A stretch of DNA of 64,000 nucleotides, the filler included, from Basidiobolus ranarum (lineage: Eukaryota), in NCBI GenBank assembly GCA_040143965.1. It is 33 parts of 33 records of this genome, joined end to end, with 100 filler letters (N's around TTAATTAATTAA, not from the genome) between each part and the next. Parts side by side here need not be neighbours in the genome. Positions count along the whole stretch, not along the records: positions 38,979 to 40,820 come from JASJQH010011108.1; positions 40,921 to 42,762 come from JASJQH010011109.1; positions 42,863 to 44,703 come from JASJQH010011110.1; positions 44,804 to 46,643 come from JASJQH010011111.1; positions 46,744 to 48,582 come from JASJQH010011112.1; positions 48,683 to 50,521 come from JASJQH010011113.1; positions 50,622 to 52,460 come from JASJQH010011114.1; 26 more parts are not named here. One strand, written 5' to 3'. Positions 38,980-50,933 of the stretch are shown in pieces. The notes under the pieces are model-generated. The model searched no databases and was not told the DNA's origin. It saw nothing but the letters and a program-made list of their open reading frames with translations. Position 1 is the first letter of the stretch, and each line of letters starts with the position of its first letter. Position numbers and translations under genes: made by a program.

Positions 38980-40820
38980 CCAATACTTCCAGTCTTTGCA
39001 TTTGAATAAACACCTAGATGAGTGGATATTGATGGGAGTCCTGGTAAAATATGATGGTATCTTGATGTTTACAAGCATTTTCCCAATCAATTCAAACTTT
39101 GATCCTATCTCAAATGGCTCATTCATATTGCACTTTTTACTATATAGCTGAGTGAGAAGTATTGGAATGTTGTTGAATAGTAAGTGCACAGTGCCTAATG
39201 GGAAGCTCTGGCTGATACATTGTTAATCAGATGAGCATATGGCAATACTTATAATTTCACATGGAGCATCACTTCACTGCAGCTGCATTCCATTGGGAAC
39301 TCCCAGAATGTATAGCCAGGGCCTATATTCTCTAAGCATTGTGAGAGAAGCAGCAGGGAATGTATTGAATACTGACATAGATTCAGTCTATCTTCTTTAA
39401 ACCTGCAATCATGTTTTTTGTATCCAATTAAAAAATCTTTGCACAGTTGCTGTATCTGCCTGAGATCTGCCAATGTGAGTGGATGCCATAAGAATATATT
39501 AACAATATTGACAAACATCTCCCAATGATGCCAATACTTATCAGGGAGAAATTTTTTCGAATTCCACTTGAATATATATAAATCCAACACTTCCAGTCTT
39601 AGTATTTGAATAAATGCCTAGATGGGTGATATTAATGGGTGTCCTGGTAAACTATGATGATATCTTGATGTTTTCAAGCATTTTCCCAATAGACCAAGTA
39701 TTTGGTGAATTGATATCAGTGTTCATGTTGAAATCTGACTGGGTTCTTGATGGTAAAATCATGGAGTTTAGTGTTGTATTTGGATAGTAGTAATGCATAT
39801 TCCTGATAGAGTAAACTCCATTGATTTGACAAAATCTGCAGCAAGATAATGCATTGTCCCTGCAAAAACCTCCAAGTTTACTGATGGCAGGAGTTTCACC
39901 AATACATATAATGATATTAGCTTTAATAAACTATTCACCCATCTGAACCCCATTAGATAACAGTTCAAATTCTGCAATCAAAGTCTCCAAGAAGCTATCT
40001 ACAAGCACTGGTGATTTAGGTCCAGATATGATATATAGTATCAAATATTATGACTCTAATACCATTCAGAAGGAGTCAAGTTGATTAAATTTATTGGCCA
40101 GTAAGCCTTTCCAATGGTATATTTGTTTAGTGAGAAACCATCCAGAGTCAATCCAAATGCATGATCATTTGTGTTCTCAAAGAGACCTTGACTTTTTGGA
40201 TTCTGATAGTAATATCTATCAAGAATATTGGTAATACCATTGGCTTGACAGTGAGTACTTTGGTAGTAGATCATTGATCTATATTTGGGTGATTTCATCA
40301 AAACATAAAGATGGAGAATCAATGGTCTGTAAGCCAAATATGAACAATATTTACCTGATTCAGTGATTGCTAATTGTGTGCACACAGTACATGACTTGAG
40401 GTTTTTCAGATCATTAGTGAAAGCCAAACAACTATTTGGACATGAAGGTAGTTTAATTACTGAAGGATTATAAGTCATACAATTAACAAGTGTTTTCCAC
40501 TTGTACCAGGTCTGTGGCAAGCAACAGTTGCCAATCAGCTGTGGTATAAGTGTAAGAAAACCAATAAACATCTGGTTGCTAAGATTGGATCCTAACAAAA
40601 ATAAAATTGATTTGATCAGGATTGGATCCACCCTCCAAAATAGCAAAACCGTCAGAGAACTGTCACAATATTGTTGGCTTGCATTCTGCCAGAGATTTTG
40701 ATGGTGTAATGGTGGTTTCTTGATGGTAACTTAACAGTATTCATATATGTTAAAATATTGATCCTCAAATTTGGCATGCATTATTCCATATCAAGCAATT
40801 TTTGCAAAAATATAATTTTC
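38980..40820 (-). mobile_element. CACTA-like transposase (rearranged) with nested end A at about 40590
   Basis: Homologous to 13671-14790; CCTAACAAAAATAAAATTG interrupts the gene. Confidence 0.85.
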
Positions 40821-40920
40821 NNNNNNNNNNNNNNNNNNNNNNNNNNNNNNNNNNNNNNNNNNNNTTAATTAATTAANNNNNNNNNNNNNNNNNNNNNNNN
40901 NNNNNNNNNNNNNNNNNNNN

Positions 40921-42762
40921 AAAGCCGCACAAACACCGCAAAGCACCCTGAGTAGTGTCACACTACAAGGATGTACAAAAATAGTCAAAGTGCTTGAGGA
41001 GTATTTTCAAAAGTATGAAGGGAAAAATGCAACGCAAGTATGCTGAAGTGGCTTCAGAAGAAGAACATTCAACTTTACATTCAGTCTGGTCATATGATTG
41101 ACTGGTACATTCCACTTGTACTAGGTCTGTGGCAAGTAACAGTTGCCAATCAACTGTGGTAAAAGTGTAAGAAAACCTATAGACACCTGGTTGCTAAGAT
41201 TGGATTGAACTCTCCACTCCTTAATAATCACAGCTGCTTCCTTGACTATACATTTTGTGAGTGGACAAATGCTTACCAATAACAAAGAATCCATCACAAA
41301 ACTATCATATTCTCCTGATATACTGCCATCAGCATTGAGAGAGCCACAATTAATATTGGGCAGCATGTCCTCAAAGTTTTCTTGACTTACTGGCTCAACA
41401 GCACTTGCACTTCTACTTGCATCATTTTGGCCTTACAACTTTGGTAACTGCGCAGTATCTTTGCTTTCAGCAGCATTACCAAAACTTTGGGGTTAAGTAT
41501 AGCCTATGGACACAGTGGGCAAAACAAAAGTGGTCTCTGTGCACCTACTTGTAATGATATGCACCAGCCTTTGTGCTGCTGATGGCTTTATACAGAGACC
41601 ATGCTTGATACTATTTTTCTATAAAGTCTCTACCTCTCATAGCACATTACTTAGTGACAAGAATTTCAAGGCTTCTGTAAAATTTGTATTGTGGCATGAG
41701 ATGTAAACTTTTATGGACAACAGAGGACCCAGTACATAAACATGGTATCTAAGGTATATCCCATCAATAGTATTGGCTGATTTCAAGTCAAAGGCACAGA
41801 TGAGTCACCAGGGGATTTGCAAGGTATTTCCAGTAAAGGATTGCAATTTTGGCTTACTATAAGTAACTTTTAAGCAATTTCATTACACCAAGTTTACCAT
41901 CTCAGTATTCTCATGCCATTGAAAAAAATGTCCCTAATCAAAATCAAAATTAGCTTCCAAGAAAAATCCTGCAGGCAAGAAAGAAAAGAAAGCAGCAAGA
42001 ATTGAAGGCTTAATTTTTCCGCAGTCTGATAATCTGCTATCCACTTTTGAAGGTGTTGACATACCAAGTACTAATTTAAATAATATTCAACCGTCACTTG
42101 ATTAACCAGATATATTGATTTCTGGCAGTAGGGCCAGTGGAGAGATTACAATATCCCACTCATATTGTAATTGAATAGTTGAGCAAGTTTAATGAAAGCA
42201 ATGGCAAGACCATGGACTTCAAAAATGACTTCCTCAGCTATTGCATATCCTTGAACAGACATTTTGGATAGTATCATGACAACAAGAGAATCACAGGTGA
42301 ATCACACCCTAACAGAAATTTGAGGATTGTTATTGTAGGAAAACTGTCACAATTTTAATCTGTTTGGGATTGACCATTTACTTACCATCATAAAATCATT
42401 AAGTTAGATTTGATTTTAATCAATTTTTTCAGTTTCAGGAGTGAAATTTCAAGATCTTGAAAAATAGTTGCAAATGATTGGCTAAAATTGCAGAGGGACT
42501 ATTGATCAACACATGTGCAAGAAACATAACTCAAATTTTACACAATTGCCACTTGAATGCTAATTTGTCACCTTTGAAATCCCTAGTCTCTTTGATATAA
42601 TCTCCTGAATATTGTCATAGAGTTCTTCATACCCAAGGTTTGGCCCATACCCAACACAAGTTTGTGTCAATATCTCCATCAAAGCCCACCATTGTATTAA
42701 TGTTGCTATATCAACATTCTTCCAGCTATCTGGCTGATACCCTGCAATATTGTGCTACTTGG
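40921..42762. mobile_element. Mosaic of CACTA-like central region and nested end B (from 42307)
   Basis: Transposase 5' part (-), accessory 5' part (+), CCCTAACAGAAATTTGAGG at 42307. Confidence 0.8.
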
Positions 42763-42955
42763 NNNNNNNNNNNNNNNNNNNNNNNNNNNNNNNNNNNNNN
42801 NNNNNNTTAATTAATTAANNNNNNNNNNNNNNNNNNNNNNNNNNNNNNNNNNNNNNNNNNNNAGTAGTGATTTATCCAAGGATATGAAAAGTTCCTTGCC
42901 TATGCAGACAAAGCTAGGGAAAAAAATATAAAGTATCAGAAATATAACACCTACC

Positions 42956-43606
42956 TGTCAGTACTTCCTTTGATCCAGTCAAGTCCTTTCTAGTGACACA
43001 GTAGCCTGTAACTATCTCTAGTAGTCTCTCTTGAGCTTCCTCTTCAAAGGTCTCATAAGCAGTGATGAAAATAAGGGGTGTTCACAAGTAGTAATTTTTA
43101 GTCAAAAACCAGGATGATTTTTATTTTAAAAGGTATAGCTTCTATTTATACTTTTCTGATGGTAGAAATGATTACTAATGAGAATTTTCCAAAAGTTCCA
43201 GAGAATTTTATTGATAGGGATCTGGGGTTAGGATATGACCATAAATCATAAGATTAGTAATCCGTGAATATTCCAGAAGGTTGTAGAATAATCCAGAAAG
43301 TCATGGAATGTTCCAGCAAAATCAAGATTTGATTGGTCAAACTCAATCAATCATCAAAGATTCCAAGAATTTTATGGAAGGTTCTGGAAGATTGTAGAGT
43401 TTTCCAGAAAAAAACAGGATTAATGTGGGTTAATACAGATAAATCTGAAATAATAGGGGATAATGCTAATGGTGTGATATTATTGGCAAGAAAATATTGG
43501 TAAGTCAAATATGGATAAAAAAATAGAAATTGTGCAATAGTAATGATATGAGGTCGGAGTGGAAATAAGTCAACCTGCAAGTGGGCAGTAATGCTACCCC
43601 ACAACA
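42956..43606 (-). repeat. Putative LTR (~650 bp) with heat-shock-element arrays and TATA, inserted in copia RT
   Basis: Minus-strand start TGTTGTGGGGTAGC at the junction with copia RT; TATAAATAG at 43142-43150; tentative end ...ACTGACA. Confidence 0.55.
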
Positions 43607-43609
43607 CCG

Positions 43610-44501
43610 GATTTTGTTTTCTCCAAAGTCTTCAAGTCATTGGTTGCTATAATAAGGTCATCTATATATATGGCTAATAAAACTGGGTTTATCTTATCTG
43701 GCCCAAGGTTGATAGTATAGTCAGCATTACTCTTTTGGAATTTGAGTATTTGCATAAAAGCATCTATCTTGCTATTTCAAGCTCTTTGAGATTGTTTTTT
43801 AGCTATAGAGTGCTTTCTGGAGTCTGCAAACTTTTTTAGGGTTTTCTGGGTCCACAAATCCATCTGACTGGCCCATATAGATCTCCTCAGCAAGTTCACC
43901 ATTCAAAGAAGCAGTTTCAACATCCATTTGATGTATAATAAACTGATATTTAGCTGAAGTTGCTAAAATCAATCTGATTGAATTAAGCTTTGCTACAGGA
44001 GAAAAAATTTGTGTTTAATCTATTCATGGTGGTTGGGAATAGCCTTTGGCAACTACTTTAGCCTTCTACTTTTCTATGTTGCGATCAGAGTTGTATTTAA
44101 CTTCAAACACTCATTGGAAGCCAATTGATTTTCTATCATCAGGTAAGTTGGTCAGAGTCCAAGTTTGATTATCAATCACAGCCTGGTACTTATCAGCCAT
44201 TGAAGATATCTGAAGCTTTGTGTGAGGGCCATTCAGAGCCTCTTTTATGGTCTGAGGCTCATTTTTTGAGCTGTGCAGGCCTAGGCCCAATCTTGAGACT
44301 AATTTATTCAGTAATCTTGGCTATTTTGGATCTAATTTGATCTCCTGGTTCAGGATAAAGGTTTTACAACTTCTGGCATTGTATTGGGTACTTTAGTAGG
44401 CAAAGTTTTGGTTGAAGGGCCTAAAGGAATGTTATTCTCTTCATTGTTTTGGTTTAAATCAATTTGAATGATTGGATCAGGAGAAAATTGATATTTGTCA
44501 T
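43610..44501 (-). mobile_element. Copia-A RT 5' region (degenerate)
   Basis: Reverse-complement homolog of 1-590 (QMDVETA, IYMGQSDGF, YIDD). Confidence 0.92.
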
Positions 44502-44527
44502 TGTTGAAATTATTTAGGGAGAAATAT

Positions 44528-44600
44528 TGGTCTGGCCAGGATTTGAACCTGGGGCCTCCTTCACTCTAGCAAGGTGCTCTAACCACTGAGCTACCAGTCC
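44528..44600 (-). tRNA. tRNA-like sequence or pseudo-tRNA (anticodon AGA, short variable loop)
   Basis: GGACTGG TA GCTC AGTGGTTA GAGC A CCTTG CTAGAGT GAAGG AGGCC CCAGG TTCAAAT CCTGG CCAGACC A; A and B boxes intact; one acceptor-stem and one anticodon-stem mismatch. Confidence 0.75.
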
Positions 44601-44803
44601 TTGTATGCTATGCCTATATTGCTAGGGAACCTTAACCTAGTCTGTCAATGTATGGTACTTTGGCATTTCAGCTATACAAGCAACTGATTGGCCTTAGACT
44701 TTGNNNNNNNNNNNNNNNNNNNNNNNNNNNNNNNNNNNNNNNNNNNNTTAATTAATTAANNNNNNNNNNNNNNNNNNNNNNNNNNNNNNNNNNNNNNNNN
44801 NNN

Positions 44804-45132
44804 CTTCATAATATTGGTGGCTTGCATTCTGCCAGGGATTTTGATGTTGAGATGGTGGCTTCTTGACAGTTTTTTGATGGCATTCATATATGTTAAAGTA
44901 TTGATCCTCATATCTTGCTTGCTTTATTTAATATCCGGCAATTTTTGCAAAAGTCTAATTATCAAATGGCAAATTACAAGGTTTACTGCTGTAGGAATTT
45001 CAATTATTATGCATGCCTTGCATTAAATGTTTTAGGCTTTGTATTCCAGCCATAATGAGAATCATAAAATACCAGAATCATATTGTGTTTAGTCTCTACA
45101 TATGGACATACTTGACTGATCAGACATAGCTC
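44804..45132 (-). mobile_element. CACTA-like subterminal region near end A
   Basis: Homologous to 61670-62000. Confidence 0.78.
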
Positions 45133-46533
45133 TATTGGGAAATATGGGCTGTTTGGAGGAACTTTAGAAAAGTGGAGTTGTGAATAGCTTTGTGAGATAT
45201 TTATTCATTGTCCAGAAATAAAGCATTTATACATTTTGGTGGTAATACAGAAAACTAACACTGGGGTTGTGTTCAGGACATCTGTGGGAGTAAAATGAGC
45301 TACCTTTGGGGCAATTTGGACAAGTTTGAAAGTTCCAATATGGAGTTGCTAATTCTTACATTTTTTACATATATATATAATATATATTCCAATTTGCAGT
45401 TAAGTGATACTTGACTAAGTAATGTTAACTAACTTAAATGTGATATATGAAGTAGTTAGGTGTGTAAAGATAGAGATAACAAATATGATAAAGTTAATTA
45501 ACTTCAACACTCCCACTCAATTAAATATTCATATATCTTAATCTTAACTTAAATCTTAATTCTTCACATTTTGGCTTGGGTAATGGTTTGATAAGGATGT
45601 CAGCAAGCATGTCCTCAGATGGACAGTACTCTAGTTGGACATGCTTGTTCTCAATAGCTTTCCTAACAAAGTGATCTTGTATGTCAATGTGCTTACCTCT
45701 GCCATAAAATTTGGGATTTTTAGCTAATGAAATACAACTTTGATTATCCTTGAAAATTATAGTGGGTGAACTTTGAAAAATACCCAAGTCTTTGAAGAGT
45801 TTCCTTAACTACATAGCATCCTTTGTTGTATGTCTTACTGCCATGTACTCTGCTTCAGTTGTTGAAAGTGCTACAGTAGGTTATGTCTTGCTATTCCAAG
45901 ATATGGCTGCTTCACTATAGTGAAAGGTTTATCTAGTGATAAACCTTTTGTCCTCACTATCACATCCCCAATCTGCATCACTAATCCCAGTTAGATCCTT
46001 ATTCTGATAAGAATATGTGGATCTTAATCCCAGGTCAATTGTCCCCTTCAAATATCTGTGAATCTACTTAACTGCTGCATAATGCTCAAATCCTGGGTTT
46101 TGTGCATGTTAGCTAACTACTCCCACTGCAAAAGAGATATGTGGTTGTGTTCCAGTAATAGCATCAATCAAAGTATCTACCATAGACTGCTAAGGGAACT
46201 CAAGGCTTTCAAATGACATATTTTGGGCCATATTTGGCCAATTACATCATTTTCAATGGGATTTTTGACTAGTTTTGCACCTGGATCCATGGGAGTTACT
46301 ACTGGCTTACAATTCTCCATTCTATAATGACTGAGAGTGTCTGAGATGTCTTTAGATTGATTCAGAGTGATAGATTTGCTCAATATATCTGCATGGATCT
46401 GCAGGCATAAAAAATACATAAGTTCACCTAAATTGGTCATCTTGTATTGGACTAATAGATCTCATTTGGTGTTCCTGAAAGTTTCATCATTATTGGTAGG
46501 TATAATCAGATGATCTACATATAAGGCAAGTGT
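45133..46533 (-). mobile_element. Copia-B RT-RNase H, PPT (45510-45518) and complete 3' LTR2 (45133-45509)
   Basis: LYVDHL, TPMDPG, SDADWG, KHIDIQDHFVR, DMLADILIKPL. Confidence 0.95.
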
Positions 46534-46743
46534 TGTTGAAGTTTATTGTCTTTATCATATATGTTATCCCTATCTTTATACACCTAACTATTTCATATAT
46601 CACATATTAGTTAGTCATCATTATTTAGTCAAATATCACTTAGNNNNNNNNNNNNNNNNNNNNNNNNNNNNNNNNNNNNNNNNNNNNTTAATTAATTAAN
46701 NNNNNNNNNNNNNNNNNNNNNNNNNNNNNNNNNNNNNNNNNNN

Positions 46744-48582
46744 AAATTCGAACACAAACTTAAAGAAAAATTTGGTCAGGACATAAAATTTGTCCCACCA
46801 AAAGTAGATTACGTTGATGCAATAATTAAACGTAAAACTTATGAAGGACATTACGAACACAGTAATGGCAAAATGGTTTGTAAACTCCCTCTCGTCAACA
46901 ACAAGGGTTATTACATCATCGATGGCATAGAACGAGTCCCTCTGATTCAAGAATTACGAAATATTTTTATCCCCTATGTTTCCAAGGATGAAAATGTTGT
47001 TTATTGCGAAACTAGGTTCAGGGGATCCTTGCTACCATTAAGGGTCTGCGTCAAAAATTCTGTTGATCTTTATCTAGATGTTTCATCAACTCACAAAGAT
47101 CTTAACGGAATTAAACGTATGTCTGTTTATTGGGTCATGAATAACTTAGGTTATGACTTCGGTAAAATATACGAAGTTTTTGCTTTCCTTATTGCCAACA
47201 AGTCTCACGTGAATACTTTCTCAACCGTATTCTTAGCCTCTATGACAGAATCAGAAAATACTATTACCCCCGAAGATTTAAAAATATTAGAATCCAAACA
47301 TTTCCCATCACAGAATAAGGAGAATGTTGTATACACACTCGCCCTCTTATCATATACAGCTCTTATGACTGCCATGGATATCTTCCCGCCTATGGACCGA
47401 GATGATTATGGAAACAAAATTGGGAAGGCTTCGAATATTCTTTTGGATCAGATTTTAAATCGCGCCATTAAGGTATCTGATACAGAAAATCGTCTGCAAA
47501 CCTTTTTGTATGATGAACTCTTTACTATGCTTAAAGAAGGTCAACAAATTATTCACGGAAAAATATATTCCAAAATGGTCAACTTGGTTTCGCGTAAATC
47601 TGTTATAGATGAAGTCTCTATGGTCCGCAAAATTATCGTACCTTGTGACGAAAACACTTCAAATATTCATATGCGAGCTATTCATCCCAGCCAGTTGGGA
47701 TATGTTTGTTTGTGTGAAACCCCCGAAGGAAAAAGCGTTGGTATTATCAAACATCTTGCCATGACGTGTTTGCTTTCGAACATTCCTGAAGAAAAAGTTT
47801 TTGAGGCGCAGAATTGGTTAAAAAATAATTTATCTTATGATAATTGTGACGTAAAACATTCTGTACTTTTTGATGGATACATCGTAGGATTTTATGGTGG
47901 CGATTTCGGATTTCTTAGAAACAAACTCAAACGTATTCATCCTATGATTTCTGTGTCATATTACAAACCAATCCCAAGAATTATTTACGTTAAAACATCT
48001 TCTGGAAGATTTGTGAGACCTTTGTTTAGGCTCTCGGGGGCGCCAATAGATTGGAAAGAGTTGGATAAACTTTCGTGGGATAAACTTTTGGAAAGCGGCA
48101 AGATAGAGTTTGTGGATCCAGATGAGCAATCTCAGATTACGTTGGGTGACATAGGGTATCACGGGAGACATAAGATGTATACTCATATGGAGATTCATCC
48201 ATTAGTCATGTTGGGTATTCCTGCATCTATGGTTCCTTATGCTAATCACAACCAGTCAGCTCGTAATGTTTTTGCTTCTGCGATGATAAAACAAAGTATG
48301 CAAATTTATGTTCCTTCTATAGTAACTTCTGGGGATATAAATTTTTTGGAATATGCCCAGGTGCCGTTGGTTGATACGTTGGCGTATAAATTATTGGGGA
48401 TGGAGGAGCAACCCAACGGGGTTAATTTGGTTGTGATGATAAAGTCGTACACGGGATATAATCAGGAGGATGGCGTTATTATTTCTAAATCTGCTGTTGA
48501 CAGGGGATTATTTAGGTCTTTTACTAAGCATGTTAATGTATGTGAACTTTTAGGTGATGAGTCGGAGATAATTGTTACGGGG
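46744..48582 (+). CDS. DNA-directed RNA polymerase second-largest subunit (RPB2/beta-like), divergent and probably viral; partial at both ends
   Basis: Whole contig is one 613-codon frame: AIIKRKTY, GYYIIDGIERV, DRDDYGNK, RAIHPSQLGYVCLCETPEGKSVGIIKHLA, SGRFVRPL, THMEIHP, HNQSARN..SAMIKQ, TGYNQED, SAVDRGLF. Confidence 0.96.
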
Positions 48583-48859
48583 NNNNNNNNNNNNNNNNNN
48601 NNNNNNNNNNNNNNNNNNNNNNNNNNTTAATTAATTAANNNNNNNNNNNNNNNNNNNNNNNNNNNNNNNNNNNNNNNNNNNNATTCAGCAATGTTAATAC
48701 AAAGGTGGGCTTTGATAGAGATATTGATATAAACTTGTATTGGATATGAGCTAAACCTTTAGTACAAAGAACTCTATAGAAATATTCAGGAGAATATATC
48801 AAAGAAACTAGGGATTTCAATGGTCACAAATTAGCATTCAAGTGGTAAATGTGTAAAAT

Positions 48860-49420
48860 TTGAGAAAATTGATTTTCATCATCATCTGAGATCATTTTGG
48901 GTGAAATGTTTTCATTTTCATTCAACAAAACATCCCCGGACTTGATTAACTTGGAAATTTTGGTATCATAGAGTCTGTAGGCTTTAGTTTGAGTACAATA
49001 ACCCAGAAATATGCATATCTTACTTTTTGGATACAATATGGTCCAATTTTTGTTCATAATTTTGTCATAAGCAATGCATCCAAAGATCCTAAAATGTTTT
49101 ACATCAGGTCTAACTCCAAACCAAGCTTAATATGGTGTAGAGTTACACAGACTTCTGGTAAAACTCCTATTTTCAGATATTCAGCTGTGGTATCATATTC
49201 TGCCCAAAAGTTATGATATAAATTTTGTGCACTTATCATAGCTCTTGCATTTCTATTATATTCCTATTAGCTCTGTCAGCAACTCCATTTTGTTGGGGTG
49301 AATAGGGGGCAGTAGTTTCTAGCTTAAATCCATGAACTTTGCAAAAGTGCCTAAATAGTGTTGAAGCATATTCTCCCCCATTATCAGTACACGTTTTCTT
49401 GATTTTAGTTCCAGTTCCAG
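48860..49420 (-). mobile_element. Copia integrase fragment
   Basis: TDNGGEY, TAPYSPQQNGVADR, CIFLGY..KAYRLYD. Confidence 0.9.
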
Positions 49421-49559
49421 TCTTATGATATATTTTTGATGATATTCTCTCAAGTCTATCCAAATCCAATCTGAGTCATCTAAGCTTACTTTTCCAGATG
49501 GTTAAGTTGCATCTGATCAGCTAGAAAGGTGTCTCACCCACAATGGAAATTCATCTTCA

Positions 49560-50270
49560 CTTGACCAAATGAGCTCAAATAATATGATTTTGAATTCAAA
49601 TGAAAGCAAGCAGTTGCCTTAGTACTGTATGATTGACTATTTGATATATATTATTATTTTAGCATAGCAAGATACTACATATACAGCAGGTGTAATTTAT
49701 TAATAAGTTCAAATTTATGAATATGCCCAAATTTTTGCTTCAAGTGGATTTTCAGATATTTATATTGAACCATGGATGTGTGCTTATGAACCATATATTC
49801 AGGAGCTAATTTTAATCAAATGAGTAACCCAGATGCACACTGAGGAACACATATAGGAGACAGGTAAACTGCAACAGCACATATGTTTCAATTCTATAAT
49901 GGAGTCATTTCTAGGAATGCTAAGAAACAACCTGCTATAGCACATTGCACAACTGAGGCAGAAATTTTGGCTTCTTGTGAAGCAATAAATCAGGAAACTT
50001 GGCTGAGAGAGCTCCTGATAGCTTTTGGCTATTCCCAAAAACCTTTCATTATTATAATTTAAGATAGTCAAAGTTGTATCAGATTAGCTAGAAATCCAAC
50101 ATCTCACACTGGAAACAAGTATTAGAACATTAGACATACTTTATAACAGAGACTGTAGAAAATAAATTGATTTACTTAACTTATTGCTTGACAGAAAACA
50201 TCATTGATGATGTACTAAAAAAACATTAGTGAGGTAGAAATAAGAGAATTATTTACCTTCCTCAGAATTA
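49560..50270 (+). mobile_element. Degenerate copia RT-RNase H
   Basis: Colinear with 810-1500 and 54500-55080. Confidence 0.8.
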
Positions 50271-50621
50271 GTAAACTTGTTCCATTGTGCCAGTATTTAT
50301 TGGACCTTGGCTCAATATATTAGAGTAATTGTGATTGAAATTGATCATGCCAGAGGGTGCTGGATAGTGCCAAATTGTGCCACATATATTTTAGAATACT
50401 ATATCCAATATGATATATACCAAACAATCTGGTGTTGAAATTAGCATTGCCTAAACACCTATATAGTCATATATAACTTAGTAATTAGTTATCTTATAAC
50501 TCACTAAGATATTATCAATTANNNNNNNNNNNNNNNNNNNNNNNNNNNNNNNNNNNNNNNNNNNNTTAATTAATTAANNNNNNNNNNNNNNNNNNNNNNN
50601 NNNNNNNNNNNNNNNNNNNNN

Positions 50622-50933
50622 ATTCTGTCATTCAAAAACGTGTGTTTATTGCTCTAATTGATAGAAATATCAATTAGATCACTTTTACCAATTTTCACTA
50701 TTTTCTCAAAACTTCTCCAAATCACCTCAAATGTTCACCCATGCTTAACAGGCATGTTTGTTAGGATCTAAGCACATCCAATAGTCCTATTCTATAGTAA
50801 ACTATAAATAGGACATATTCAATTCAATGAAACTTAAGTGTCTAATTCACAAATCCAAATCTTGTCCAAAACACTTCCAAATCCCCTAAACACTTTTATC
50901 ATGGTTTGTTCCTATCAAATTTTCCACTATATA
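50622..50933 (+). repeat. Repeat family LTR4 (second copy 52106-52460, starting TGTTGAAATTTTTG)
   Basis: Near-identical ~280 bp shared by both ends of the contig; TG start and TATAAATA inside. Confidence 0.7.

Noticed and set aside
46744-48582. Host RPB2/RPC2/RPA2 or bacterial rpoB
   Set aside because: Too divergent and compact for fungal RPB2, intronless, and lacking the Pol I/III GYD(M/I)ED and bacterial GYN(F/Y)ED forms; not formally excluded without a phylogeny
46534-48860. Polymerase gene flanked by transposons, as if captured or integrated
   Set aside because: The flanks are different contigs across artificial spacers; there is no linkage evidence
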